64,000 bases of DNA, from assembly GCA_041749275.1 (NCBI GenBank), contig JBGTBQ010000014.1:1751-65750 (forward strand). The letters run 5' to 3'. The notes beneath the pieces were generated by a model. That model did no database searches. It was not told where the DNA came from and saw nothing but the letters and a program-made list of their open reading frames with translations. Positions within the stretch are counted from its first letter, which is position 1, and each line of letters begins with the position of its first letter. This DNA is from Pyrinomonadaceae bacterium (GTDB lineage Bacteria > Acidobacteriota > Blastocatellia > Pyrinomonadales > Pyrinomonadaceae). The position numbers were made by a program, and so were the translations under genes. This document shows, in pieces, positions 1 through 9,202 of the stretch.

Positions 1-308
1 GCGTTCGGCAGCCCGCCGTATCCGACGCTGTCGTCCAGCGGGTCGAGTTCGACGATGTTGACGCCCGCGATTACCGCGTCGAGCACGTCCGCGCCCTTCG
101 ACATCATTGTGAAAGCTTTCTGCACGCACGTCATATCGCCGTCGTGCTTGTACTTGTTGCCGTTTCCCGAAGCGATGACGATTGGTTTCGTAGTGCTCTG
201 GATGATGACGGCTGGCGCCTTGCCGTGGAGCGTGCGCGGAGCCGTGGCAATCAATCCGGCGGCGGCGCTGTTCCTGAGAAACTCGCGCCGCTTCATCTTT
301 TTAGTCAT
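1..308 (-). CDS. Asparaginase-family Ntn hydrolase (glycosylasparaginase / isoaspartyl peptidase-like), N-terminal part only; the gene runs off the window edge
   Basis: Absent from the ORF track because it is open at the edge. Reverse-strand translation from the ATG at 308 gives MTKKMKRREFLRNSAAAGLIATAP...PIVIASGNGNKY...DVLDAVIAGVNIVELDPLDDSVGYGGLPNA. It has a twin-arginine RREFL signal and the family-typical DAV..G....E.DP.D.SVGYGG.PN segment. GGAGAA lies 6 nt upstream of the ATG. Confidence 0.65.
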   Translation of the reverse strand, partial: MTKKMKRREFLRNSAAAGLIATAPRTLHGKAPAVIIQSTTKPIVIASGNGNKYKHDGDMTCVQKAFTMMSKGADVLDAVIAGVNIVELDPLDDSVGYGGLPN

Positions 309-460
309 AAAGTTCTCCGTTACGAATCAGTCTGTAGTTTGTAGAGTTCCTATTCCTCTTTCGACATTGTGTCTTCAGAGCAGCAATCTCAACGCCGGTC
401 GCTTTGAGTTCGAGCCGGGTGCGAATGTGCACGGCATCGAGCGTTGTCAGCCGCTGCGAA

Positions 461-886
461 TCAAACGGAATCCGTGGACTGTCCTTCCGGCGACGGCGGC
501 AGTTCGACTCCGTGGGCCAGCACCATGAGCCATTGTCCGTCTCGTTTGATGAGCACGTCTGTGAAGGCGACCGAGTTGATCCCTTCGGCGCCGTCGCCGG
601 TGCGGTACTTTGTGTGCTGCACGCCCGTGAGCGCCGCCGTCTCGCCGGAGACGTAGACGCTCAACTCGTCGCCCCAAATTGCAATAACCTCGACGGGGAT
701 AGAGGTGATGCCGTGGAGAAATTCAGCCTTTCCCGTGTCCGGGTTTCCCGGCGTGCGGTAGACGAATTCATCGGCGAGAATGCGGCTGAGAGCGTCAATG
801 TCTTTGCTCAGAATGGCCGCCATCGTTTCGCGCTCGATCTGTAGAATCATCCGCACATCGTCGGATGGCGCGTTATCGAGTGACAT
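461..886 (-). CDS. NTF2-fold SnoaL-like / DUF4440 small protein
   Basis: ORF 461..1066(-). Start moved to the internal ATG (codon 61, MSLDNAPSDD...). The body ...ILQIERETMAAILSKDIDALSRILADEFVY...IKRDGQWLMVLAHG is typical of DUF4440/NTF2-like proteins. Confidence 0.6.
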   Translation of the reverse strand: MSLDNAPSDDVRMILQIERETMAAILSKDIDALSRILADEFVYRTPGNPDTGKAEFLHGITSIPVEVIAIWGDELSVYVSGETAALTGVQHTKYRTGDGAEGINSVAFTDVLIKRDGQWLMVLAHGVELPPSPEGQSTDSV

Positions 887-1213
887 GCTCGCCCCCGGAT
901 AAAAAGGGTACAATGGAACAGACGGAAAACGACGGCACAGCGTATCGGCAAGGCGCGTTAACGTAACATAAAACGCGGATTCTTTATCATACTTTTTCCC
1001 GTGCGAGATACGTCTTCCAGCAGGTTGCGCGATTTTAGACAACGACAGCGGTGGGAGGGGCTTCAAAATAGATGCCGCTGTGAGCGCAGTTCTTTTCGCG
1101 TTCTACATTTACGAACACGCGCCTCGACAATTCAAGCGCTTGTTTCCGAACCAACCCCGCGTGCTATGATGGCCGCGCTCTCCCGGAATTCCGTTAGAAT
1201 GAAGGAGGGGCGA

Positions 1214-1561
1214 ATGCTCTCAAAACGTTTATGGTTGTGGCCGGTGCTGCTCGCCGGTGTGCTCACTTTCGCGGGCTGTCCGAGCCGGACCAACATCGGG
1301 AAAATCAACGCTGACCCACAACGTTACTTTGACAAAGAGGTGGGCATCGGCGGGACGGTGATTGACAGTTACGGGGTGCCGTTCGTCGGCGGCGCTTACG
1401 AGATTGAAGATGATACGGGGAAAATCTGGGTGCTCACCGAACGCGGCGTGCCCTCAAAAGGCTCGCGCGTCGGCGTGAAGGGGCGCGTGCTGAACGGGCC
1501 GACCTTCAGGGGCCGGAACTTCGGAACCGCGTTACGTGAATCCGAACGGCGGGTCAAGTGA
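1214..1561 (+). CDS. Small lipoprotein, function unknown
   Basis: ORF 1001..1561(+). Start moved to MLSKRLWLWPVLLAGVLTFAGC (signal peptide plus lipobox FAGC), preceded by GGAGG 5 nt upstream. Confidence 0.55.
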   Translation: MLSKRLWLWPVLLAGVLTFAGCPSRTNIGKINADPQRYFDKEVGIGGTVIDSYGVPFVGGAYEIEDDTGKIWVLTERGVPSKGSRVGVKGRVLNGPTFRGRNFGTALRESERRVK

Positions 1562-1592
1562 AGCCGCCGCCCGGCGGAGGCGCGGGCCACGG

Positions 1593-2069
1593 ATGTTGAT
1601 CGTTCGCAGCCTCGACGAACAGTTCGCACGCCTGCACGAGCGCTCGACGGCTCTCGTGCAGGCTGTTCCCACCGATAAACTCTACTGGCAGCCGCGCGAA
1701 GGTTCGGGAAGCTTCCCGGCCTATTCCTGCGGCGAACACATTCTGCGGAGCGCCGCCGCCGTCGAACAAACTTTTGGCGGCATCACGGTCAACCTCTGGG
1801 ACGACCCCTTCGAGTGGACGCTGCCGGAGGCGTTGGCGACGCCAGGGCAGGTCGTCGAGTATCTAGTCGAAGCCGAGGCGACACGACGGCGCGCGTTCCT
1901 GCTCTTCAAGTCGGATGAAGACCTGCTGAAAGAGATCGCGGCGCCGCCCGGCGAGATGCGTGCGCTCTTTACGTTAATCACGGAGACTCTCGTGCGCGCG
2001 GCGCACCATCAGGGCCGTGCGTTTGCGACCTACCGGCTATTCTCCGACGGTCGGCTGCCGCGAGTTTAA
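1593..2069 (+). CDS. DinB-family-like four-helix-bundle protein
   Basis: ORF 1536..2069(+). Start moved to MLIVRSLDEQFARLHERS. Size and helical pattern, with His residues (CGEHILRS...AAHHQGRA), are compatible with the DinB superfamily. The assignment is tentative. Confidence 0.45.
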   Translation: MLIVRSLDEQFARLHERSTALVQAVPTDKLYWQPREGSGSFPAYSCGEHILRSAAAVEQTFGGITVNLWDDPFEWTLPEALATPGQVVEYLVEAEATRRRAFLLFKSDEDLLKEIAAPPGEMRALFTLITETLVRAAHHQGRAFATYRLFSDGRLPRV

Positions 2070-2182
2070 AGCACAGGTTGCGAACTTAGGCGTCCTCACT
2101 TTCGTAGTTGAGCGCGTGGCATGATGTAATATGTTCATGCGTTCCCTGACAACAATCCTTTGAAAAGAGGTTCGCTTCACCC

Positions 2183-2737
2183 ATGTTCTGCCCGCAATGC
2201 GGACAACAGCAAGTCTCCGGCGAGGTGCGTTTCTGCTCGCGTTGTGGCTTCCAGTTGGAGGGCGTGACGGGGCTGCTCGCAAACAATGGTGTGACGCCCG
2301 TAAACGCGATGCAGGCCGTCCCATGGCAGGAAACGCCGAGGAGAAAGGGCGCGAGGCTGGGCGGCAAACTCTTACTCTTCGGCATCTTCCTCATCCCAAT
2401 GCTGGGGATCATGCACGAAATCTTTAAGCTGCCGGAAGAGATCATGCTCTTCGGGGTGCTCACATTCCTGGCAGGGATGCTCCGGATAATTTACGCGCTC
2501 ATCTTCGAGCAGGGGCCGTTCCGGCAGCCGAAATCTCAAACACAATACGTGTACGTACCACCGAACCAGTTGGCGCCGCCCGCGCGTGGCGCGGCTGAAC
2601 TGCCGCCGGGACAAGGCCAACCGGCTCGATCATATATTCCACCACGCACGGACACGGCGGAGATCAGCTATCGTCCAAGCGTGACGGAAAGCACGACGCG
2701 TCTGCTCGGCGAGCAGGACGAGCGGGAGAGGCATTGA
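2183..2737 (+). CDS. Membrane-tethered zinc-ribbon protein, paralogue A
   Basis: MFCPQCGQQQVSGEVRFCSRCGF (CxxC...CxxC ribbon), two hydrophobic helices, a Pro-rich tail and C-terminal RPSVTESTTRLL. Paralogous to the next gene. Confidence 0.7.
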   Translation: MFCPQCGQQQVSGEVRFCSRCGFQLEGVTGLLANNGVTPVNAMQAVPWQETPRRKGARLGGKLLLFGIFLIPMLGIMHEIFKLPEEIMLFGVLTFLAGMLRIIYALIFEQGPFRQPKSQTQYVYVPPNQLAPPARGAAELPPGQGQPARSYIPPRTDTAEISYRPSVTESTTRLLGEQDERERH

Positions 2738-2765
2738 GCGCCGGCTTAGTGAGGACATTCTTTAT

Positions 2766-3341
2766 ATGTTCTGCCCGAAGTGCGGACAGCCACAAGTAGC
2801 GGATGACGTTCGATTTTGTTCGAGCTGCGGCTTCGCCCTGAATATCGTGACTGAGGTATTGGCCGGCGGAGGGCGGCTCAACTGGCGCCCGCCCGAAGAG
2901 GCGACGCCGCGGGGGCTATCGCCTCGGCAGAAGGGTATCCGTCAGGGGGCAATGCTGATGTTGAGCACGTTCCTCATCGTGCCGATTGTCATCTTCCTCG
3001 GCGTGGCGACGCTCCATCTGCCGGGACAACTGATCCCGCTCGCCGCCGTCATCTGCATCTTCGGCGGTCTGTTACGCATCCTCTACGCGGCCATGTTCGA
3101 GGAGAGCGTGGCGCGGAGCGCACAACCTTCCCTCCCGTCTTACGCCCCACCTTCACCGCCGAATTATTTGGGGACGCCGTCTCAAAACTCCGCGCTTCCC
3201 CCGCCGCGCGCCGCGCCCGCTCCCACCTACCGGCCACGCTACAACACCGGCGAACTCGTCGAGCGCCCTTCGAGCGTGACGGAGAACACGACGCGGCTCC
3301 TCGACAAGCAACCCACGGACCCATCCGAACGTCAGCCGTGA
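2766..3341 (+). CDS. Membrane-tethered zinc-ribbon protein, paralogue B
   Basis: MFCPKCGQPQVADDVRFCSSCGF, two hydrophobic helices, a Pro-rich tail and C-terminal RPSSVTENTTRLL. Its stop overlaps the GTG start of the next gene. Confidence 0.7.
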   Translation: MFCPKCGQPQVADDVRFCSSCGFALNIVTEVLAGGGRLNWRPPEEATPRGLSPRQKGIRQGAMLMLSTFLIVPIVIFLGVATLHLPGQLIPLAAVICIFGGLLRILYAAMFEESVARSAQPSLPSYAPPSPPNYLGTPSQNSALPPPRAAPAPTYRPRYNTGELVERPSSVTENTTRLLDKQPTDPSERQP

Positions 3342-4429
3342 CGGCGCTCGCTGAAAAGCTACGTGCAAGAATCAGGCGAGAGGGCGCGCTCACGTTCCCG
3401 GAGTGGATGCGCGAGGCGCTCTACAACGAGCATGACGGCTATTACCGACGCCGCAGGGTGCGCTGGGGACGCGCCGGCGATTACCGGACGAGTCCTGAAA
3501 GAAGCGTTCTCTTTGCCTCGACTTTCGCACGCTACTTCATCTCGCTCTTCGAGGAACTCGGTCGCCCCAGCGAATTCTTTATCGTCGAAACGGGTGGCGG
3601 TGCGGGCGACTTCGCGCGCGGTGTGCTACAAACCCTGCGGCGCGACGCTCCGCGCTGCTATTCCTCGCTCCGCTACATCTTTGACGAATCGAGCGCGGAC
3701 GCGCGTGCACAGGCGGCGACGGTTCTCTCCACTTCAGCCGGGTGCGTAGAGTTCCGCTCTCTTGATGAAAGGCCCGAACGCTTTGAGCATGGCGTGATCT
3801 TCTCGAACGAGTTGCTTGACGCTTTTCCCGTCCATCGCGTCGTTCGACGCGGTGGGCAACTCCTCGAATTTTACGTGGAGGTTGACGACGATGGAGTTTT
3901 CAACTGGGTCGAGGGCGAGCCATCAACGCCGCAACTCGCCGAGCACTTCGAGCGGGCGGCGGTAAGGCTTGCGGAAGGTCAAATCGCGGAGGTCAATCTC
4001 GAAGCTGAGAGATGGATAGAGCGTGCCGCGTGCGCGCTCGGCACGGGCTTCGCCATCACGGTTGATTACGGCGACGATGCGAAAAATCTCTACTCCGCCA
4101 CGCACCGCCCCGGAGGCACTTTGCGAGCCTTCAGCCGCCACGGCTTCGCCGACGATTTTCTCCAAAGACCGGGCGAGACGGATTTGACGACGACTATCAA
4201 CTGGACACAGATCATCACGGCGGGCGAGCGCGCGGGATTGCGGACGCTCATGCTTGAACGGCAAGACAAGTTTTTGCTTCGTGCCGGTCTGCTTGAACAG
4301 TTGGAGGTTGAAATAGGATTTTCCGGCGATGAGGCGGAAGTCGCGCGTTTGCGGCTCGATGCGAGGGAGATGATTTTACCGGGCGGGATGGCGGAGAATT
4401 TTCAGGTGTTGGTGCAAAGAAAAGTGTAA
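3338..4429 (+). CDS. SAM-dependent methyltransferase, MidA/NDUFAF7 (DUF185) family
   Basis: 363 aa. FPEWMREALYNEHDGYY...GDYRTSPE and the SAM-binding IVETGGGAGDFA motif, with a family-typical length. Confidence 0.75.
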   Translation: MTALAEKLRARIRREGALTFPEWMREALYNEHDGYYRRRRVRWGRAGDYRTSPERSVLFASTFARYFISLFEELGRPSEFFIVETGGGAGDFARGVLQTLRRDAPRCYSSLRYIFDESSADARAQAATVLSTSAGCVEFRSLDERPERFEHGVIFSNELLDAFPVHRVVRRGGQLLEFYVEVDDDGVFNWVEGEPSTPQLAEHFERAAVRLAEGQIAEVNLEAERWIERAACALGTGFAITVDYGDDAKNLYSATHRPGGTLRAFSRHGFADDFLQRPGETDLTTTINWTQIITAGERAGLRTLMLERQDKFLLRAGLLEQLEVEIGFSGDEAEVARLRLDAREMILPGGMAENFQVLVQRKV

Positions 4430-4486
4430 GGCAGCGTGCCTGCGCGGCGATGACATTCCGATTTGACCCCGTGCGGACAGAGAAGA

Positions 4487-4517
4487 AGTTGAGATTTCAA
4501 AATTTGAAACTTCAACT
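4487..4517 (+). terminator. Imperfect hairpin downstream of the methyltransferase gene (AGTTGAGATTTCAAA / TTTGAAACTTCAACT)
   Basis: 15-nt arms with 2 mismatches and a 1-nt centre, 58 nt after the stop. No clear U-tract. The arm sequence is related to the GTTCAAA-repeat hairpin at 25319. Confidence 0.3.
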
Positions 4518-4652
4518 CTCGACTTTGACATCTCGCATCTCCTTCCTCTCCGTGAATCTTGTCTACCCTCTGTGTTATTTTTGGCTACCCCGAACGCTCC
4601 GGCAAAATTGGATCAGACCGTATTCGCTAAAAACTTCCCGCAGGAGGCTGTG

Positions 4653-6782
4653 ATGAAAAACAGGCTGTCCCTCTTTCTCTTCTTCTGTTTACTACTGACC
4701 CCGCTCGCCCCTCTGTGTCGCGCGCAAACGACGCCCTTCCTCTCGGATGAGGAAATACGAATGCTCTCGAACGAAATATCGGGTGACCGCGCCTTCGAGC
4801 ACATTCGCTGGCTCACGCACTGGCACCGCGACTCCGGCATGGAGGGTTTCTTCAAGGCGGCGGACTACGTGATGAAGGCGGCGAAGGAGGCGGGAGCCGA
4901 TGAAGTGCGCTTTGTCGAGCAGCCGCTGCAAGGTCCGAATTACACTGCGCGCGTGGGCGAACTGTGGGTGACGGAACCCGTCGAGGTGAAGCTTGCCGAC
5001 ATCGGCGAGCACGCCGTCTATCTCGCCGATGGCAGCCACGACGCGGACGTGACGGCGGAACTGGTCTGGATCGGCGACGGCAGCGAGGTGAGCCTGAAGA
5101 ACCTCGACGTGAAGGGAAAGATCGTCCTGACCAACGGCAACCCGCAGTTGGCCGCGCAGAACGCCGTGTACAATCGCGGCGCGTTGGGCGTCGTCACTTA
5201 CAACTTGTCCGAGAGTAAAAACGCTCTCGATTACCCCGACCAGATCGCATGGTCGCGCATCAACATCACGCCGCCGGAAGGGAAGAAGAGCACGTTCGCC
5301 TTCGTGCTCTCGCCGCGCAAGGGCGAGACGCTGCGCCGCGCGCTCACGTCGAACGAGGACGCGGATTTCTTCGCCACGGGGAAGGTCGTCAAAGGCGGAC
5401 GCCTCGTCGTGAAGGCGAAGGTGGACACGGAGATCAGCGCCGCGCCGGGACGTACCGGCTTTGTCGAGGCCATCATTCGCGGCACGGAGCCGAACACGGA
5501 ACAGATCGTTCTGACGGCGCACCTACAGGAAGAGCAAGGCTCCGCGAACGACGACGGAAGCGGTTGCGGGAATCTGCTGGAACTGACGCGCGTCTTCAAC
5601 AAGTTGATTAAGGAAGGGAAGATCAAACGCCCGAAGCGCGACCTGCGTTTCTGGTGGACGGACGAGATTTATTCCGAGTACCGCTACTTCAGCGACCACC
5701 CCGAAGAGACGAAGAAGATTCTGGCGAATATTCATCAGGACATGACCGGCGCCAATCAGGCGATGGGGAGCCGTGTGCAGCACCTTATCCACGCACCCCA
5801 CTCGCGCACGTCCTACCTCGACGCAATCTTCGAGAGCGTCGGCGCCTATCTGATTCAGACCAACAACGGCTACCTCGCGGCCAGCCGGCAGGGTGGCTTG
5901 CCGCGCCCGCACACGCGCCCGCTCTATGCGACGCGCGGGACGCGACAAGGTTACAACGCGCGCTTCGTGCCATACTTCGGCTCGTCCGACCACATGGTCT
6001 TCGTCGAGGGCGCCATCGGCATCCCGGCCATCGGGCTAATCAACTGGGATGACCCTTTCATTCACTCGATGGATGACGACCTCTTTCAGATTGACCAGAC
6101 GCAGTTGAAGCGAAACAATTTCCTCATCGGCGCGATGGGACTTTTCCTCGCCACCGCCGACGACACGGATGTGCCGCTGCTCACCTCCGAGACATATACG
6201 CAAGGAGCGAAGCGACTGGCGAACGACCTGCAAGTCGCCATGAGTATCCTGCGCGCGTCGTCGGGAACGGAGGACAAGGGCTGGAAGCACGCCTCCTACA
6301 TGATCGAGCAGGGCATCGAGCGCGAGGCGCGTGCGCTCAACTCGATACGTGTTTTTGCGGGGACGAACCTCGAAGCCGCACGGATGATTGACGACCTCGT
6401 GAGCCAGACGACGAAGAACGGACTGATGGCGCAACTCGCGGGCTTCTACCGGCAACTACGAAAGGCCGAGCCGAAGGCCGTCATGCTGAACGATGCCGAG
6501 GTCGCCGCGAGCAGGAAAGTCCCCGCCAACGCCGCATCGCTCGACGAGTATTTCGCTAAACGCAATAAGGTTCCCGGCAGTGCGAGCGGCAAGCTGCACG
6601 GCTTGATGCGCGATGAAGTCTTCAACTTCGTGGATGGCCGACGCAGCTACTACGAGATTTACAAGGCCGTGTACGCCGAATCAATGGCCGCCGGCGCTTG
6701 GTACTACGGCACGGTCACGCTCGGCGATGTCGTCGGTTTGCTTGACGCCGCGGTGGCGGTGAAAGCTTTGACATTGAAGTAA
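4653..6782 (+). CDS. Secreted M28-family metallopeptidase with a PA-like insert
   Basis: ORF 4572..6782(+). Start moved to MKNRLSLFLFFCLLLTPLAPLCRAQ (signal peptide). M28-type metal-binding block LTAHLQEE.GSANDDGSGCGNLLELTRVF and a later HQDMTG / SSDHMVF. Confidence 0.75.
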   Translation: MKNRLSLFLFFCLLLTPLAPLCRAQTTPFLSDEEIRMLSNEISGDRAFEHIRWLTHWHRDSGMEGFFKAADYVMKAAKEAGADEVRFVEQPLQGPNYTARVGELWVTEPVEVKLADIGEHAVYLADGSHDADVTAELVWIGDGSEVSLKNLDVKGKIVLTNGNPQLAAQNAVYNRGALGVVTYNLSESKNALDYPDQIAWSRINITPPEGKKSTFAFVLSPRKGETLRRALTSNEDADFFATGKVVKGGRLVVKAKVDTEISAAPGRTGFVEAIIRGTEPNTEQIVLTAHLQEEQGSANDDGSGCGNLLELTRVFNKLIKEGKIKRPKRDLRFWWTDEIYSEYRYFSDHPEETKKILANIHQDMTGANQAMGSRVQHLIHAPHSRTSYLDAIFESVGAYLIQTNNGYLAASRQGGLPRPHTRPLYATRGTRQGYNARFVPYFGSSDHMVFVEGAIGIPAIGLINWDDPFIHSMDDDLFQIDQTQLKRNNFLIGAMGLFLATADDTDVPLLTSETYTQGAKRLANDLQVAMSILRASSGTEDKGWKHASYMIEQGIEREARALNSIRVFAGTNLEAARMIDDLVSQTTKNGLMAQLAGFYRQLRKAEPKAVMLNDAEVAASRKVPANAASLDEYFAKRNKVPGSASGKLHGLMRDEVFNFVDGRRSYYEIYKAVYAESMAAGAWYYGTVTLGDVVGLLDAAVAVKALTLK

Positions 6783-6922
6783 GACAGTTCCGTGCGGAAT
6801 TGAAGCACCGCGAGGCGAATATGGCTGCATCTAACCCGTCGAATCCCCTTTTTCGCTGTAAATTCGGGCGAAGTTGGCAGGCCATGCTGTAGAATGGCGG
6901 ACGGAAAGAGCAAAAAAGACGG

Positions 6923-9040
6923 ATGACCACTGTGATTGGAAAACAACCTCTGCCCGAAGACCGCCGTGAGCAGAACGGCGAACAACAGCAGCGACTCTTC
7001 AACCGCGAGTTGAGCCAGCTCGAATTCTATAGCCGCGTGCTCGAAGAGGCGCGCGACGAGACGCAGCCATTGCTCGAACGCCTGAAGTTTCTCGCCATCT
7101 TCACCTCGAACGTTGACGAATTTTTTATGATCCGCGTCTCCGGTCTCAAAGAGACGTTGGAGCAGAACGTGCGCGAGCGGTCGCCGGACGGCAGGACGCA
7201 GGCGGGACAACTTGCGGCGATCAGAGAGCGACTCCTGCCGCTGGTTGAGGAACAGGCGCGCTGCCTGCGAGAAATTATCTTGCCGCAACTGAAGTCGCAC
7301 GGCATTGAGATCGTCCCCTTCGGCTCGTTGACGGCGAGCGAGCAAAAGGGATTGACCGAATATTTTCACAGTAAAGTCTTCCCGGTGCTCACGCCGCAAG
7401 GGGTAGACTCCGGGCACCCGTTCCCGTACATCTCGAGCCTGAGCCTGAATCTTGCGTTGATGGTTGAGCCGGCGATGGAACTTGGCATCACCCGCTCGCT
7501 CACCGGCAAGGTTGAGCCGCGCTTCGTCCGTCTCAAGGTTCCTTCCAAAGTGCCGCGCCTCGTCCCCGTCACCGAGGACGCGACCCGGTTCGTCATGCTC
7601 GAAAACCTGATCGAGGCGCACGCGGATGCGCTCTTCCCGCGAATGCACGCCGGCCAGTGTCACGCTTTTCGCGTCACCCGCGACGCCGATGTGGAGATAC
7701 GCGAGGACGAAGCGGACGACCTCTTGCGGAGCATGGAGCAGACGCTGCGCCGCCGCCGCTTCGGCGTGGCCGTGCGCCTCGAAGTCTCGTCGGCGATGCC
7801 GCGCGAGATGGTCGAGTATCTGACCGAATCGCTGAAGCTGGGGCCGGAGGACGTTTACGCAATTGACGGGTCGCTGGACATCCCCGACCTGATGTCGCTC
7901 TACAAGTTGAACAGGCCGGAGTTGAAGGATCCGCCGTTCAAGAAGAAAACCCCGGAAGTTCTCCGGAGCGGCGGCTCGCTTTTCGACCTCGTCAAGCGTC
8001 AGGACGTGCTGCTGCACCATCCCTACACGTCTTACACAATCGTCACGAACTTCATCGAAGAGGCGGCGCGCGACCCCAGCGTTCAGGCGATTAAGATGTG
8101 CCTTTACCGGACGGGGCAGGACTCTCCCATCCCGAAGGCTCTGATCGAAGCGTCTGAACGCGAGAAGCAGGTGACGGCGCTGGTCGAGTTGAAGGCGCGC
8201 TTCGACGAGGAGCACAACATCGAGTGGGCGAAGCGGCTCGAAGAGGCGGGCGTGCACGTCGTCTACGGCGTGGTCGGTCTGAAGACGCACAGTAAGGTGT
8301 CGCTGGTCGTGCGTGAAGAGCCGGAGGGTTTGCGCCGCTATGTTCACATCGCCACGGGCAACTACAACCCCGTCACCTCGAACTTCTACACTGACCTCAG
8401 TCTGTTCACCGCCAATGAGGAGATCGGCGCCGACGCCACCGAACTGTTCAATTTCCTGACTGGTTTTTCTCGCCAGAAAGAGTACCGACATCTTCTGGTC
8501 GCGCCCGTCAACATGCGCGAGCGGATGATTTCGCTCATCAACCGCGAGACGGAGCACGCGCGGGCGGGCCGACCCGCGCGCATCGTCGTCAAGATCAATC
8601 GCCTCGCCGACATTAAGATCATCAACGCGCTGTACGAGGCGTCGCGCGCGGGCGTGGTGATTGATTTGATCGTGCGCGGGATATGCATGCTGCGACCGGG
8701 CGTGCCCGGACTCTCCGAGACGATTTCGGTGCGGAGCGTGGTGGGTCGCTTTCTCGAACACAGCCGCGTCTACTTTTTCCTGAATGGCGGCGAAGAGGAA
8801 TTCTACGTCGGCAGCGCCGACTGGATGCCGCGCAACTTCGACCGGCGCGTCGAAGTCATCGCGCCCGTCCACGACGCGCGGCTGAAGGATCATTTGAAAA
8901 ACGTCATCCTCGCGGCTTACCTGCGCGACAACGTGAAGGCGCGGCGGCTCCGACCTGACGGCTTATATGAGCGCATCCCCAGAGCGCCGGGCGAAGAGGG
9001 CTTTAACAGCCAGACTTTTTTCTTTACCGCCGAGCGTTAG
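6923..9040 (+). CDS. ppk1: Polyphosphate kinase 1
   Basis: 705 aa. FNRELSQLEFYSRVLEEA...LERLKFLAIFTSNVDEFFMIRVSGL at the N-terminus and two PLD-like segments, GLKTHSKVSLVVR and VGRFLEHSRVYFF. Confidence 0.95.
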   Translation: MTTVIGKQPLPEDRREQNGEQQQRLFNRELSQLEFYSRVLEEARDETQPLLERLKFLAIFTSNVDEFFMIRVSGLKETLEQNVRERSPDGRTQAGQLAAIRERLLPLVEEQARCLREIILPQLKSHGIEIVPFGSLTASEQKGLTEYFHSKVFPVLTPQGVDSGHPFPYISSLSLNLALMVEPAMELGITRSLTGKVEPRFVRLKVPSKVPRLVPVTEDATRFVMLENLIEAHADALFPRMHAGQCHAFRVTRDADVEIREDEADDLLRSMEQTLRRRRFGVAVRLEVSSAMPREMVEYLTESLKLGPEDVYAIDGSLDIPDLMSLYKLNRPELKDPPFKKKTPEVLRSGGSLFDLVKRQDVLLHHPYTSYTIVTNFIEEAARDPSVQAIKMCLYRTGQDSPIPKALIEASEREKQVTALVELKARFDEEHNIEWAKRLEEAGVHVVYGVVGLKTHSKVSLVVREEPEGLRRYVHIATGNYNPVTSNFYTDLSLFTANEEIGADATELFNFLTGFSRQKEYRHLLVAPVNMRERMISLINRETEHARAGRPARIVVKINRLADIKIINALYEASRAGVVIDLIVRGICMLRPGVPGLSETISVRSVVGRFLEHSRVYFFLNGGEEEFYVGSADWMPRNFDRRVEVIAPVHDARLKDHLKNVILAAYLRDNVKARRLRPDGLYERIPRAPGEEGFNSQTFFFTAER

Positions 9041-9202
9041 CCCGCGGCTCTGGCTGGTTCGATGAAGCGGTTGAAATGTCAGACGTAAGAAAGGCTGAAC
9101 GGAATTAAAGTTTAACGTTCACGAAGAAGCAGACGCGGCGCTCCCCCGTCGTTGAACCCCCAGCGGAGTTTAACTACACCTTTTCAGGGGAGGCACCGGA
9201 AA

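Noticed and set aside
6704-8893. 729-aa ORF on the minus strand
   Set aside because: It lies entirely antisense to the unambiguous ppk1 gene. The translation is Arg/Ala/Gly/Val-rich with no recognisable motif. This is a typical stop-codon-poor antisense frame in GC-rich DNA.
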